A stretch of 62,924 nucleotides of DNA, counting the filler, from Rhabdomonas costata (Eukaryota): the NCBI GenBank assembly GCA_019059605.1. It is 17 parts of 17 records of this genome, joined end to end, with 100 filler letters (N's around TTAATTAATTAA, not from the genome) between each part and the next. Parts side by side here need not be neighbours in the genome. Positions count along the whole stretch, not along the records: positions 33,390 to 36,992 come from JAHMHO010000676.1; positions 37,093 to 40,694 come from JAHMHO010000677.1; positions 40,795 to 44,394 come from JAHMHO010000678.1; positions 44,495 to 48,097 come from JAHMHO010000679.1; 13 more parts are not named here. One strand, 5' to 3'. Numbering within the stretch: the stretch's first letter is position 1; every line of letters begins with the position of its first letter. The notes beneath the pieces are model-generated. The model worked only from the letters and a program-made list of their open reading frames with translations, made no database searches and was not told the DNA's origin. The position numbers and the translations under genes were made by a program. Positions 33,512-44,980 of the stretch are shown in pieces.

Positions 33512-36500
33512 TCGAGGTTGAGGTTCCCGTGGAAGTTCCCTACGAAGTGCGGTACGAGGTTCCCGTGCCCTACGAGGTCTGCCGGGAGGTCCGAGTGCCC
33601 AGGGTGCGGGAATGCGTCCGCCACGTTCCCCGGGAGGTTCGAGTGGAGGTGTGCCTGTGTGTGTATTTATGTATGTGTGTCTGTGTGCCAGCTGTGAGGT
33701 ATGAGGAGGTAGAACACTGGACCATCAGATAAAAACATCCCCATGGGCAACTCCGAAAGGATGCGAATCCATCCACACGAGTGTGCATGCATGCGCGCGC
33801 GCGTGCATGCGTGCGTTGTTTGAGGGAAACACATCGGGAGTGTTTCGAATGGAAAGGTGCTCTCTTTCCCAGGAATGTTGAATGTTGAATGTTGAACGGT
33901 TGAAATATTGAAGGGAAGACTGTGAAACAGCTGAGACTGGGAAGACTGTTTTATTGCAGCAGATGTAGCCTAAATGTTAAAAGACCCCGTCGTTGCAGCA
34001 GCGAGAACGTTGGAGTTGATGGGCTTGTGGCGGTCTTTTCTCTCTGCGCAGGTTCCTGTCCCGTACCCCGTGGAGAAAGTTGTCGAGGTCTTTCAATATA
34101 CACACATCCAATGCTTTGTTTCATTAGTTTTTTCTTTTTCTTATGTCCTCCCTTCACTTCTTCTTCTTCTTCTTCTTCTTTTCGTTTTGTACTGTCCCTT
34201 TGCTGAACCTTTCCGTTGTTCCATATTTTCGTTCCCTCATTGCACTTCTTGGGCAAATGCGAGGCGCCGGGTGCCAGTTTCATTTCGCACCAGTTCGGCT
34301 GAGCCCTCAGGCTTCGTTTTTTTTGGGGGGGGGCATGAGTATTCTGCTTATTTGAACTTCAATTTTGCCTCTCAGCGTGTGGTTCCCGTTCACGTTACCG
34401 TCCCTGGGCCCACCCAAGTTGTGGAGAAGGTCGTGGAAATTCCCCGCACTGTGGAGATCGAGGTGCCCTTCACCACGGTTCGCGAGATCCCGGTATGGCA
34501 GTTTGGGGGGGGGGGAATTGGCTGTCACTCACCACTGTGCCGCATTCGTAAAAGAACAAGAACGTTTGGGGGCTGAACCCGAAGCCCCTCGGGTCTTCAT
34601 TTTTGACTGTACAAGTGAGGCAAAAAGGGCTGCGAGGGCGGCCCGAGGCCGGTTTCCTTTTTTTGGCACCACTACGACAGGGGGTTCTGACACCCCGGCA
34701 ATCAGCAAGCGACTGCGCTTCATCCGACCGACTCAATGCACATACAATTGGAGGGGCGGGGCGTTAAACGTTAAAAAATGCTCCACACACACAACCACAG
34801 AACTACGTACTCACACTCACTTACTCGCTCGCATCATTGCCTTCTGCGACCGCCCGTTCCGGGCTGACTGCCGGGGGGCGCAGTGAAACAGGGAGCAAGG
34901 TTCTAGGTGGCTCCCCCCCGCTCGCCTGTCAGAAGAGCACAGACTGCGCGATCCATGCATTAGCCGCTATTGCGGCAGCGGCAGCCAGAGCAAGCAGCCA
35001 AGTGTCCTGGGCGGGGCTTTCAGATTACAGTCGATTTCGAGACACACAGCGTTGCCTTCTGTACAGGTTCCCTACCCGGTGGAGCGAGTGGTGGAGAAGG
35101 TGGTGCAGTGCCCGTACCCTGTCGAGAAGATCGTGAAGGTGTTGAGGGACCTCCCCCCATCGCCCCTCTCCCCATCAGATGTCCCGAGTAGGTCTTGCGG
35201 CGTGCAAATAAATACCTAAGCCGAGATTTTTGCCTTCTGAACATTTGACAGTATGTAACCTGGACTAAATGCGATGCTAACAAAAAATCCTTTTGTATCT
35301 CCCCCCCCCCGAGCGTTTGAGCACCTATATTCAGTCATTCACATTCACATTCACATTCACATTCACATTCACATTCACGTTCACATAAACGTACCCTCGC
35401 ATTCATCCCGCCTCCAAATGTCACCCGTTTTCCCAAGTCCGATCGCATTAGCATTCAGAGCGGAACGTTTGTTTGATACTTGTTTGGCACTTGCCCAGGT
35501 CTCTGGCGGCCTTGAGGCCTCCATTTACTAATTCTTTTGAAGCCGTGTTTTGCGTTTTTCATAGTTTCTGAAGGGTGTGGGAGCTTGCAACGATCGGCAT
35601 CCTATAGGCTGCGGCCACTCTTTCCTGGGTTTTTATCAGGTGCCCTTCGATCGCGTTATTGAGAGGTCGGTGCAGGTGGACAAGCCTGTGGAGGTGACCA
35701 GGGAGTGCCACATGCCCTACACTGTGGAGAAGCTCGTGGAAAGGATCGTCAAGGTAAGGGGAGGGGGGTTGTCTGGGTGATTGCACTGTGACTCAATTGA
35801 AGCAATGTGTCGTGAGTCCATGGTTCCACAGTGGTGCCGCACTTCGAAAAATATGTCCATGGAAACATCCCAAGTGCGCATTGCTTTACAGCAGATGAGC
35901 GGTGAGTTTCACCGTCTCCAGGTGCACGGCGCTCATTCTGTGGCAAAAGCAGATTGCCAAACCCAGAGCAGAGACAGATCGGGTGGGGTGGGTGTGTTTT
36001 ATGGGTCTGCCGAAGTGAAATAGCCTTCTCAATATGAAATGCTGCTGAATTTTTATCCGTCTTTCAGGTGCCCACGGAGAAGGTTGTCGAGAGGACCGTG
36101 CCGGTATGTGCGCTGTTGCTTGATCCCATGCGGGAAAAAACCACAGCACGGCCAGGACCAGAAATCCTTGGGCACAAGCTGGATATGTGTCGCCACGGCG
36201 GTTGCTCTGCGTTGTCCCCACTTAAGGGATGGCAAGAAGAGGAGGGAGGCCTCGAAAAACAGGAAAGCAAACCGGTCCCTGGTCCCCAAGCAATCGCCAT
36301 GCACATGATCCCAGCAGCATGTCGTCGTATGTTTGTGGTGTCGACGAAGTATCTATGAATTGTTTTTTTTTGCATCTGCGTGCTGTTTTCCCGTATGTCC
36401 CGTGAGCAAGATTCCTGTCCTTTCTTGAGCCATTATGCACATGTTTGGGCATGTCCTCTTGTCACCCGAAGCTCGTGTTCCACTTTTCACTGTTCTGGTT

Positions 36501-36804
36501 ACCTCGCTTCGGGAGGCCAATTGATTTTTCTTTCCCCCGTTTTGTACCAGATCCTCTCTCTAAGGTGCTTTTCTTTCTTGCGAATTGTACATCGTGTAGG
36601 AACAACCTCGCGCATTTGAACGCTGAAATTGGATAGCCTGTTGTATCTGCCTGTTGTGTTACATTTAATGGTCGCCCTTTCAATTCCACTCCTCACACAA
36701 AGGTTCCCGTGGAGCGGGTCGTGGAGCGCGTGGAGCACGTCCCATACACTAAGGTCGTGCACGTGCCCATTGAGAAGGTCGTCGAGGACACTGTGCGCAT
36801 CCCG
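33512..36804 (+). CDS. Articulin-like epiplasm/pellicle protein (VPV repeats), partial, 7 exons
   Basis: GT-AG exons 33512-33648, 34052-34087, 34376-34492, 35067-35138, 35640-35753, 36068-36103 and 36703-36804 encode VPVPYPVEKVVE / VPYPVERVVEKVV-type repeats. Confidence 0.9.
35336..35386. repeat. (CATTCA)n hexanucleotide microsatellite in an articulin intron
   Basis: Read directly. A (CTT)n run at ~34157-34180 and (ATGTTGA)3 at ~33874-33896 lie in other introns of the same gene. Confidence 0.9.
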
Positions 36805-38831
36805 GTGTGCAGTGAGTGTGTGTTGCTTTTTTCTGTGAGTGTCCGCGCGGCCAAACGCACAAACGCCTTCGATCACTCACAATTCCGTAAAATGCCGCCA
36901 GAATGGTGCCGCAACCGACAAGATGAGCCACTGTGACATCAATATTCACTGCCATGAAGGCAATTATATCTACTCCTCCGGAACCCACAAAANNNNNNNN
37001 NNNNNNNNNNNNNNNNNNNNNNNNNNNNNNNNNNNNTTAATTAATTAANNNNNNNNNNNNNNNNNNNNNNNNNNNNNNNNNNNNNNNNNNNNTGTGTTTG
37101 TGGTGGCTTTCAACCTTTACTGCTGTGTAAAACGCTGGCGATCTGCAAGGTCAATCGCGAACTGGCTCTGGACCCTATTGACACGGCAAAGGTCTAATAG
37201 TTCAAACATAGCTCGATTTGAAAGTGGACATTTTGGACAATAATTCTCAACGTCAAAACCCCCTTTCCCCGGATGGGTCAATGTTGTCTTTTACTGTATA
37301 CTGTGTGCCCCCTTGTGAAACAACATTGACCACATGGGAAAAGGGGGACGTGTATACTTTGTTGGACAACTGCAAAAGGTCCGAATTGGCATTTTTGGGG
37401 CAAAAGGGCCAAAGTTATGGTTAATAACGTGGTTTTTGACTTAAAATCTCCAAAACTGAGAAAAAAATGATGCAGCGCACAAGTACTGCGCGTGCTATAT
37501 GGTGGGTAACCCAGAAAATTCTTTAGTGGTAAGCCTCGCATCAGGGTGGACAATAGGAGTCTTGGCGATAAAGGAGCGAAGAGAAAGCGAATTATTAGCT
37601 ATTTTTAGTATGTAAAAGGGCTTTTTGAATCGAGCTTTGTCCATTTCTTATCTGTACTCTACATGCCACACTAGGGCGTTTTTCGATTATACGAAAAACG
37701 CCCGAGTATAAAACGAAAAAAGAAGCGAAAGAAAGCGAAAGAAATATGTAGAGCAAAAGGTCAGAAGCACCCTAATTAGCATCGTCATTCTGTCCGATAA
37801 GTGGTGGCATTGAAGAAGGGTGGCGATGCGCAATCGATTGACACTCAACAGCAACCAACCTCTATCATGGAAAGCCATTTCCGAAAGACCAAGAGCGGCG
37901 AAACAGCACGTAACATGTCTTCCACAACGAAGCCAGGCGCCCTGGAACCTTCCAAGGGGAGAGAGAACCAGGAATTCCTTTATTTCCTCCAATGCTATCT
38001 ACGTGAACCATCCTTTACCTCCCTCGAAGGTGTGTGTCTGTGGTCTGGAGGGGGTTTCTTTTCTGCACTTGATTCTTCAGGACGAAAAGCAAAAAAGACG
38101 CGCATTTGTCTCACGCCTCTCGTCGCTACCCACCAATCGCTTCACGTAACACTCATCTGAACGAGGAAAGACGCTCAAGCACAACTCTCGGGCGTTATAC
38201 GAGGGCAAGGGAGGCTGCGCAGAAAAAGCCAATTGGTATGGACAACAGAAGTGGCTGGGTGGCAGGTGGAAAGGACATGAGGGTTCTAGCAAAAAAAACG
38301 GTCATGAATGAGTCACGTACATAAACGCCGCAACAATTAAGAGGGTGGTCGCAACGAGGGTTTCCTATTGTGTGCCTTCCTGCACCGGAGTTTTCCAGCG
38401 AAGTTGACTCAAAGTCTACCCGTGCGCTGCTTCGTATACTATACGTTAGTATCCACAAAAGTTTACTTTTGTACAAAAGTCTGGTTAATATAGAAAAATT
38501 TCATGAGTGATTGTCTTGCCAGCTCAATGAGTAATGTGCATCTCTTAGGGATGGTGCGGCGTCCATGGATGATTACAAAAACAAAGCGGGTTGGGGCTAA
38601 CACCGACAATGAAGGGAGCACACAGCAGGGAGCAAACAGAACACGGGCAGCAAAGAGAGCAAGACAGGCGCATCAGGCGCAAGGTGGTATGCAACATGGA
38701 AAACTTTCGGGCAAGGGACTGCGTGGCAGAACACCAGAGAAGGCCAAACCAAAACCATGCGACGTCATGTCCAGCTTCCGAATCACACATCTACGATGTG
38801 CTTGTCCATGGTGGCCTTAGTCTGCGTCGGC

Positions 38832-39670
38832 TTAGCTCTGGGCGGACTTTTTGATGTTTGCAGAGAGCCAGTCCAGGCCTTCGTACAGGCCCTCTCCGGA
38901 AGTCGCGCAGGTCCCTTGGATGAACCTACAAGCAAAAAGGGATGAAACGCTAACATGACAACCCTCCGATTCCCCTTATTCAACGCACAGCTGAACAACT
39001 CAACTTTTTTAAGCTCAACTTTCGAAAATTTGTTTCCTCAGGCAGGACTGAAAAGCCAGGCAAATTCACAGGGAACAAGTCGAGGCGTTCGGTGAAAAGG
39101 AACCCCACTCAACCACAGCACGCACCACGTCCTCTGCCTGAGAGAGTGTAGCCCCAGCTTGTCCGTGACTTCTGCAGTGCTCATTGCGTTGGGAAGGTCC
39201 TGCTTGTTCGCAAAAACCAGCAGCACGGCATCCCGGAGCTCGTCCTCAGACAACATCTTCTGAAGCTCATCCCTGACAACAGAACACGACACGGAAGCCG
39301 CCGAAAATGAAAACCACACTGGGTAAATCACTCACCAAGACGGCGAGGGGAGTCCGAAAATGCCAGAAATTGGGGGAAAACCGAGCAAGAACAACGCGGA
39401 GGACCTGGCTTGGGCAGCTCGCTCCTTATCGTTGCTGTCGACCACAAAGATGACCCCTGGGGTTTGTTTGCAAGAGTAGAAGAAGGAAGAGGGACGTCCA
39501 AGGTGGAAAGCAACCAAGGCTATAGATTTCGTACACATTGGGCGAGAGAGAAAGAACGCAACCGCAAAGCGCAATAAAAAGGGGGCGAGAGCCGAAACCG
39601 TTAGTGTTCTGGAAGTAGTGGCACCACAGCGGCCGGAGCTTGTCCTGACCGCCGACATCCCACATCGTGA
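38832..39670 (-). CDS. ARF1: ADP-ribosylation factor 1-like small GTPase, 3' four exons
   Basis: Exons: 39670-39599 ([24 protein letters not shown]), 39456-39405 ([13 protein letters not shown]), 39272-39126 ([14 protein letters not shown]), 38925-38832 ([20 protein letters not shown]..stop). All are GT-AG and in phase. Confidence 0.95.
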
Positions 39671-39736
39671 CTGCGAGAAAGAAGGAGAGAATGAGTTCTG
39701 TGTGAAGGAATGCGCACGCCAAAACATTCGGGATTC

Positions 39737-40694
39737 GGGTCAGGAAAAAATCTTCCCGCGGTAAAGAATCTTCCCGCATGGGGTCCTTTCCTCTTTTTAG
39801 CGTTTCTCTACGCGAAAAATGGAACGGTTTCTTGATCTCACTCTTGACGACCTCGGAGCTCGCTACAAGGGCGACGAATTGGCCCTTGTCCACGATCTGG
39901 TTGATGCTGGTCTTCTGCATGGGCCCCCTTCTTGCCACGGTTCTTCGATGATGATATGTGCCTCCAAGCCCTGGCACTGGCGTTGCACTTCTCGAACTTG
40001 CTGCAAAACTGTGGCGGTGGTGACCGACGACTGCTTTCTGAAGGGATTTAACGACCGCTACGCAGTGCTGAAGGCCACCTACATGTGGTGTTATGAGTTC
40101 TCCCCGTCTCAGATTCGCCAGCAATGTCGTTTATCCAACCCCACTGTCACCAAGGTGATCAAGCTGTGCAGAGAGGCTGTCCTTCCTGAGCGTATGTGCC
40201 CTTACCCCTACGACAAAGTATTTGATCTCGCATGGGGTTAGGAGGCTTTGAACGTGTCCCCTAGTGACATATGCGGGGGGGGGTCCGGCGGGACGGAGCC
40301 CCCCCGGGCTACTTACTATATTCCTCGCTTTCAGAAGCTACCCAAGAGCGCTTGTACGGACTCATCGAGGCTGACGAGACCGCCATTGGCAAGCGCAAGT
40401 ACAACAAAGGTCGACGACACCGCAAAGATGGCGTAGCTTGGCTCCAGACAATCTTGGAGGTCGACGAGTCCATTGGCGGAAGAGTGGCTAAGAGAGTGGC
40501 TAAGGGCTGACGTGGTTCCTGATCGCTCCTTCGTCACCCTTGCTTCAAATATACAGAAACATGTTCAAGGAAACTCTTCTCTCCAGACAGACGGATGGAA
40601 GGGCTACTCAGGACTTTCTTCTCTTCGTTCTTACAAACACGACACTGTAAATCACTCTCAAACCTTTGTGACCAAAAAAAGGTACACACAACAC
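39737..40694 (+). mobile_element. Merlin (IS1595-like) DNA transposon, left part, in the upstream intron of ARF1
   Basis: ATG at 39819. Motifs: Zn-ribbon ([13 protein letters not shown]), HTH region ([23 protein letters not shown]), IEADET (D1), KRKYNKGR, VPDRS..TL, QTDGWKGY (D2), HDTVNHS..FV, VHT at the contig end. There is a frameshift near 40490-40500, and the subterminal direct repeat AATCTTCCCGC occurs twice (39749, 39767). The left boundary is approximate. Confidence 0.9.
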
Positions 40695-41165
40695 NNNNNN
40701 NNNNNNNNNNNNNNNNNNNNNNNNNNNNNNNNNNNNNNTTAATTAATTAANNNNNNNNNNNNNNNNNNNNNNNNNNNNNNNNNNNNNNNNNNNNTTTGTT
40801 TGGGCAGAATTCTTGGGTGAGAGCTGATGACACTGTATCCTGTGAACTGAATGTGGAAACCTCCAACAAGCCGGGCTTCCTCCGAATCCAGTGTGAAGAT
40901 GCCGTTTGTTTCTTGTTTCCTCCGCATTTTTGAACCGCTTTTTTTTCACTATGGTGCACTTCAAGTGTTTTAGTTCTTATCTTTATGGTCAGTATGTCGC
41001 ATCAGTTCAAAATCTGAACTTTGTTTATTGGTGTTTGGTTGTCTTCAAATCCCGTTTAGCACCTGTCAGAGGGGAATCCGGTGATATTGCATTGTCAAAC
41101 GATCGGACGGTGGTGATGGCACGTGCTTCTGCTTTTTCTGTTATCGGTTTGTTTCTTCCCTTTAG

Positions 41166-42983
41166 GATTTACCTCTGCCACGACTTTCCCGTTTTCCGAC
41201 TGACCGAGCCCTTGAACACTCTGTTGCAACCGTATCTGCAGCCCCCGGGCCTTCCTGTGCACACCCCGTCGCAAATCTACTCTGCCCTGTACGGCTATGC
41301 CAACGTCCACTGCCGGTGTCCCGCGCACGGGCTAATGGGGCCGGGCACCGAGTGGCGCCTTCTTGTCCATCTGGACCCTCCGCTGAGGCAGCTCTTTACC
41401 CCTTCTCTGGCTCTGACATGGGCGCAGCTGTGCAAGAGGTACTTTTCGGGATTTGTGCTCTGCCCTGGACCTGTCCCTCGCCATCTTTGCTGCCAACCGC
41501 AAATTCACAACACTCTCAGCCGTTTATTGCCAAATTGCGAGAAAATTGTGTTAATAGCGTTTATTTAGCGCCGCACGCAGACGAGCGAACGGCATGTTAC
41601 GTTCATTTCCTCCCAAAATATTTCGGAGGATCTTGCGACCCGCTGCATTAGCAGGCGTTTCACCTCTGAAACCCCGAAGCGTGAGCGTAAGAGAGCTGGT
41701 GGGGCATCGAAGGTGTGGCGTCTTGGTACCCAGTGAGTGAGCCCCATCAATTTTCAGTAGCGGTGACACATTCTAGACAGCTTGGGAACAAGCATCCAAC
41801 TGCACCTCCAAAATTGCAGCAGTCCTCCCTCTGGGCAAACAAACGCAATCCTTCCGGAGAGGCAATCGCACACACCTCCCACACACCTCCGAAGAGAGAA
41901 AGGAGAAGCTCACACACTTCAGCACCCGCTGTCCCGCTTGCTCCGCACGATGCTGTACCGTGCCTCTTTCAGGGTACTGAGGCTGCTGAAAATTTGCACA
42001 TTACGCGACAGAAACCAACGGAAAGAGGAAACGCTCAAAATAGAGGGCCTCGCCGCATCCTGGCCAGTCGCATCGCCGACGTGAGGATGCAGTGGGTAAC
42101 AAAACTCTGTGTTCCAATTTACTGGTTTTTCTCATTGCTGGCCTTTTACTGAGGGTTTTGCTTAAAACGCCTCTTTTCCACGCAGTCTTTGGCCTGGATG
42201 CAATAGTGGATAGCCTCGTACCCCCCCCCCAGTTTTAGACAGTGTTGGTGCTGATGTTGGTGTTAGTGCTGGAGAGACAGATGCGGGCCCCAACATTGTC
42301 CTTTTCTTGGGGAAAGGGGCGCAGGCAGCTCCAATAGAGTTTTATTCTCTAGAGGGTACCGTTTTGGGCAAAAAGGACCACATCTGTGAAAAGGGAATTA
42401 AATTGGTCTACGTATTTGCATATGAAAGCGTGTTATCACAGACGTTTTGGCACATGTTTGAGTATTGTTTGCACCAGCGGGTGAGCCCGGTGACTCTGCA
42501 CGAGAAAAGGTAATCAAGCCCAAAATCCGGACTTTGTCACCGGCCGGAAAAGTGAACAACGGCCGGAAAAGTGAACAAAATTTACAACACTGCATCAGTT
42601 CCTGGTAAAAGTGAATTAATGGACGTTTTTTTGCGCCCCACGCTGCTTTTTGCTTTTTTTTCTCCTCCTCCTTGCTCTACGACCTGAGTCTTTGTGGCCA
42701 TTTCATACATTTACAGCGCATTTTTTCTTCGCTTTTTAGGTCGAGGAACTTTTTCTGTGAACCAGAGCCACTTGTTCTTCATCTTTCGGCTGCCGTCGTC
42801 CCCTCTAAAGGCCACCCTGTCTTATCTGCCTCCTCAGCTCCTGTTTTTGTTCACAGCGAAGCTGTGGCAGGGGCACAGCGATGGCTTAATTCTCCTCTAT
42901 GGGACCAGTTGCAGGGCCTTGACCGCCGTATCGCTGTCCTTCAACAACAAATGCAAGAAAAGACAAAGAGGCGAAAGTTATGA
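41166..42983 (+). CDS. SWIB/MDM2-domain protein resembling BAF60/SMARCD, partial
   Basis: Exon 41166-41438 (IYLCHDFPVFRLTEPLNTLL..TPSQIYSALYGYANVH..VHLDPPLRQLF) has the SWIB pattern. The terminal exon 42857-42983 (QLQGLDRRIAVLQQQMQEKTKRRKL*) resembles the BAF60 C-terminal coiled coil. Exons in between are unresolved. Confidence 0.5.
42541..42578. repeat. 19-bp tandem direct repeat CGGCCGGAAAAGTGAACAA x2
   Basis: Read directly; a third degenerate copy lies near 42602. Confidence 0.85.
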
Positions 42984-44539
42984 ACCTCATCGGTGTCTGG
43001 CACCGGGATTGTTTTTGTATTGATTAAATGGTGGGCTTTTCGTTGTTTCGCACTTCTTTCGTCCTTTCTTTTGCTTTGCCGGTGGTTCTGATCACCTGAG
43101 CCACCAGCTTTGGTGGAGCCTATGTATGGTATTTGCTGGTGAAGTTTCGAGCCTTCCTTCCTTCCTTCCTTTTTTCATTCTGTCTTTTTCCCTTTTCAAC
43201 AGTTTGGTTCCTTTGATGTGTTTGGGATGTCCGATTTCTCCTTCCTCCTTCCTCTTTTTTTCTTTCTGCTTTTCTCCATTCCCCAATATGTTCGTCGTCC
43301 TTGTCACGCCTGGAAAACCCAACGATGAACTGTGGCCTTAACATTGGGACGAAGATGGTGGGACCGGTGATGGCGGTTTTCAGACTGATGAGAATTTCCT
43401 TTGGGGGCAAGTGGCCGCAGATGTTATAGGACCGGTGGTGCGAGCAAATGTAAAGCACGATAGTGTTTTTTTTGCTTTGGGGAAAGTTATTTTGAGAAAA
43501 TTTCTCTGAAACATGCTCGGCAGCTCGGGGAGAGCAATACAGTTCCTTTTTGTTGTTCTCATATTCATAACCTTTTGGTTCGTTTGGGGCGGTTTTGGTT
43601 TTCGTTTTGGGTGAGTCCGTTTACTGAATGCCTCGCATGCTTTGTGAACAGTTCTTTCCCTTGCTGCTTGTGTTTTTGTCCTTAATTATGATCCCGTGAG
43701 GCCTGCAGACTTCATTTAGATGGTGCGTGAACTATTCACCTCACCTTCACCCTTTTCTATTTCTGGTGAGTAGGTTTAGCCACGAGGGTGGGCCACTGGC
43801 ACACCATTTGGATGTTGGAGCAATGACCAGAAAGAGCAGCAGCACAGTTGATTCAACGTTCCAAAATGTGAACATACTGGACTGCCCACCACTTTCTGAG
43901 AGGAAAGTTCACTAGGATATTCCTTGATCCATTGAAATCCAGTGATCCAGTGAAAGTCACCTTTGCTGGGGCACGTCAATTGCAAGCAATGTTACCCACA
44001 GTGCAGAACAGCAGAACGGAGTTATTTTCTCCAACCTGACTGGGAGAGGTGGGTTCCCATGGACGACTTTTTTATCATGTGATAAGACTCTAAGAATTGG
44101 AGTGGTCAAGGATGTTGTCTGTCACCACCAGCCCAACACCTGTTTCTGAAGTACTCGCTTTCTCCTTTTTACTACGTGAAGCGGGTTAACAAACTAATTA
44201 CGGTGCCGCCCAGCACCACCACCACCCTCACTTGTCACGTAATGCTTGCCCCGGCCATGCTTGTCGTCTCTTTGTTTTCATCGCACACCATAGGACCCAG
44301 CGACGACGGGGTATGTCTCCCGGGACGGTGCAGGTGTGGGCCCGAGGAAGGAGCTTGAGCACGATCTGCATGAAATCGAGGAGGAGATCCAGAGNNNNNN
44401 NNNNNNNNNNNNNNNNNNNNNNNNNNNNNNNNNNNNNNTTAATTAATTAANNNNNNNNNNNNNNNNNNNNNNNNNNNNNNNNNNNNNNNNNNNNGTTGGT
44501 GTTTGGCAATCTCCGTGTCCTACCTCTTTCGCATCCCCT

Positions 44540-44980
44540 GCGCAGAGCCCAAAGCCCACCGCGGCGGATCCAAGCAAGGCCCCCGCTCCATCGCAGCGAA
44601 AGAGGTAGGACACGGAGATTGCCAAACAGACGACCAGATGAACGACGAGGGCCTGGCTGACGGTGTCGAGATAAGTTTTCCGGGGTGGGGACTCTGATGG
44701 GGTTACCAGGGAGAAGGTTGACAAGGCTGGGCTGTTGTGAGCGCCGCCACCCTGCGGAGGGCATCCCAGAGTCCCAGCGGGGGATATATCCGTAGCGGCT
44801 TCAGCGCTCGAGAGCTCCACGTCTGACATCGGCCGGGGGGCATTCTGCTGGTATCGAGGGGAGGGAGCCCAGCCTCGCAGTGTCCAGGCAGCCTCGAGGA
44901 TCCCGCAAGTGGCCACACCAAGAGGGAGGATCAACATTGTAGTCAAAACGTCGCCTGAAAAATCAGGATCGGTGCAGACC
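44540..44980 (-). CDS. Exon of an unknown multi-pass membrane protein
   Basis: Open frame with hydrophobic segments (VLTTMLILPLGVATCGILEAAW; ALVVHLVVCLAISVSYLF; GALLGSAAVGFGLCA) flanking a Pro/Ser-rich loop. Confidence 0.4.

Noticed and set aside
43891-43900. ACTTTCTGAG resembling the start of the Euglena spliced leader
   Set aside because: Only 10 nt match, and the rest of the leader and its donor site are absent.
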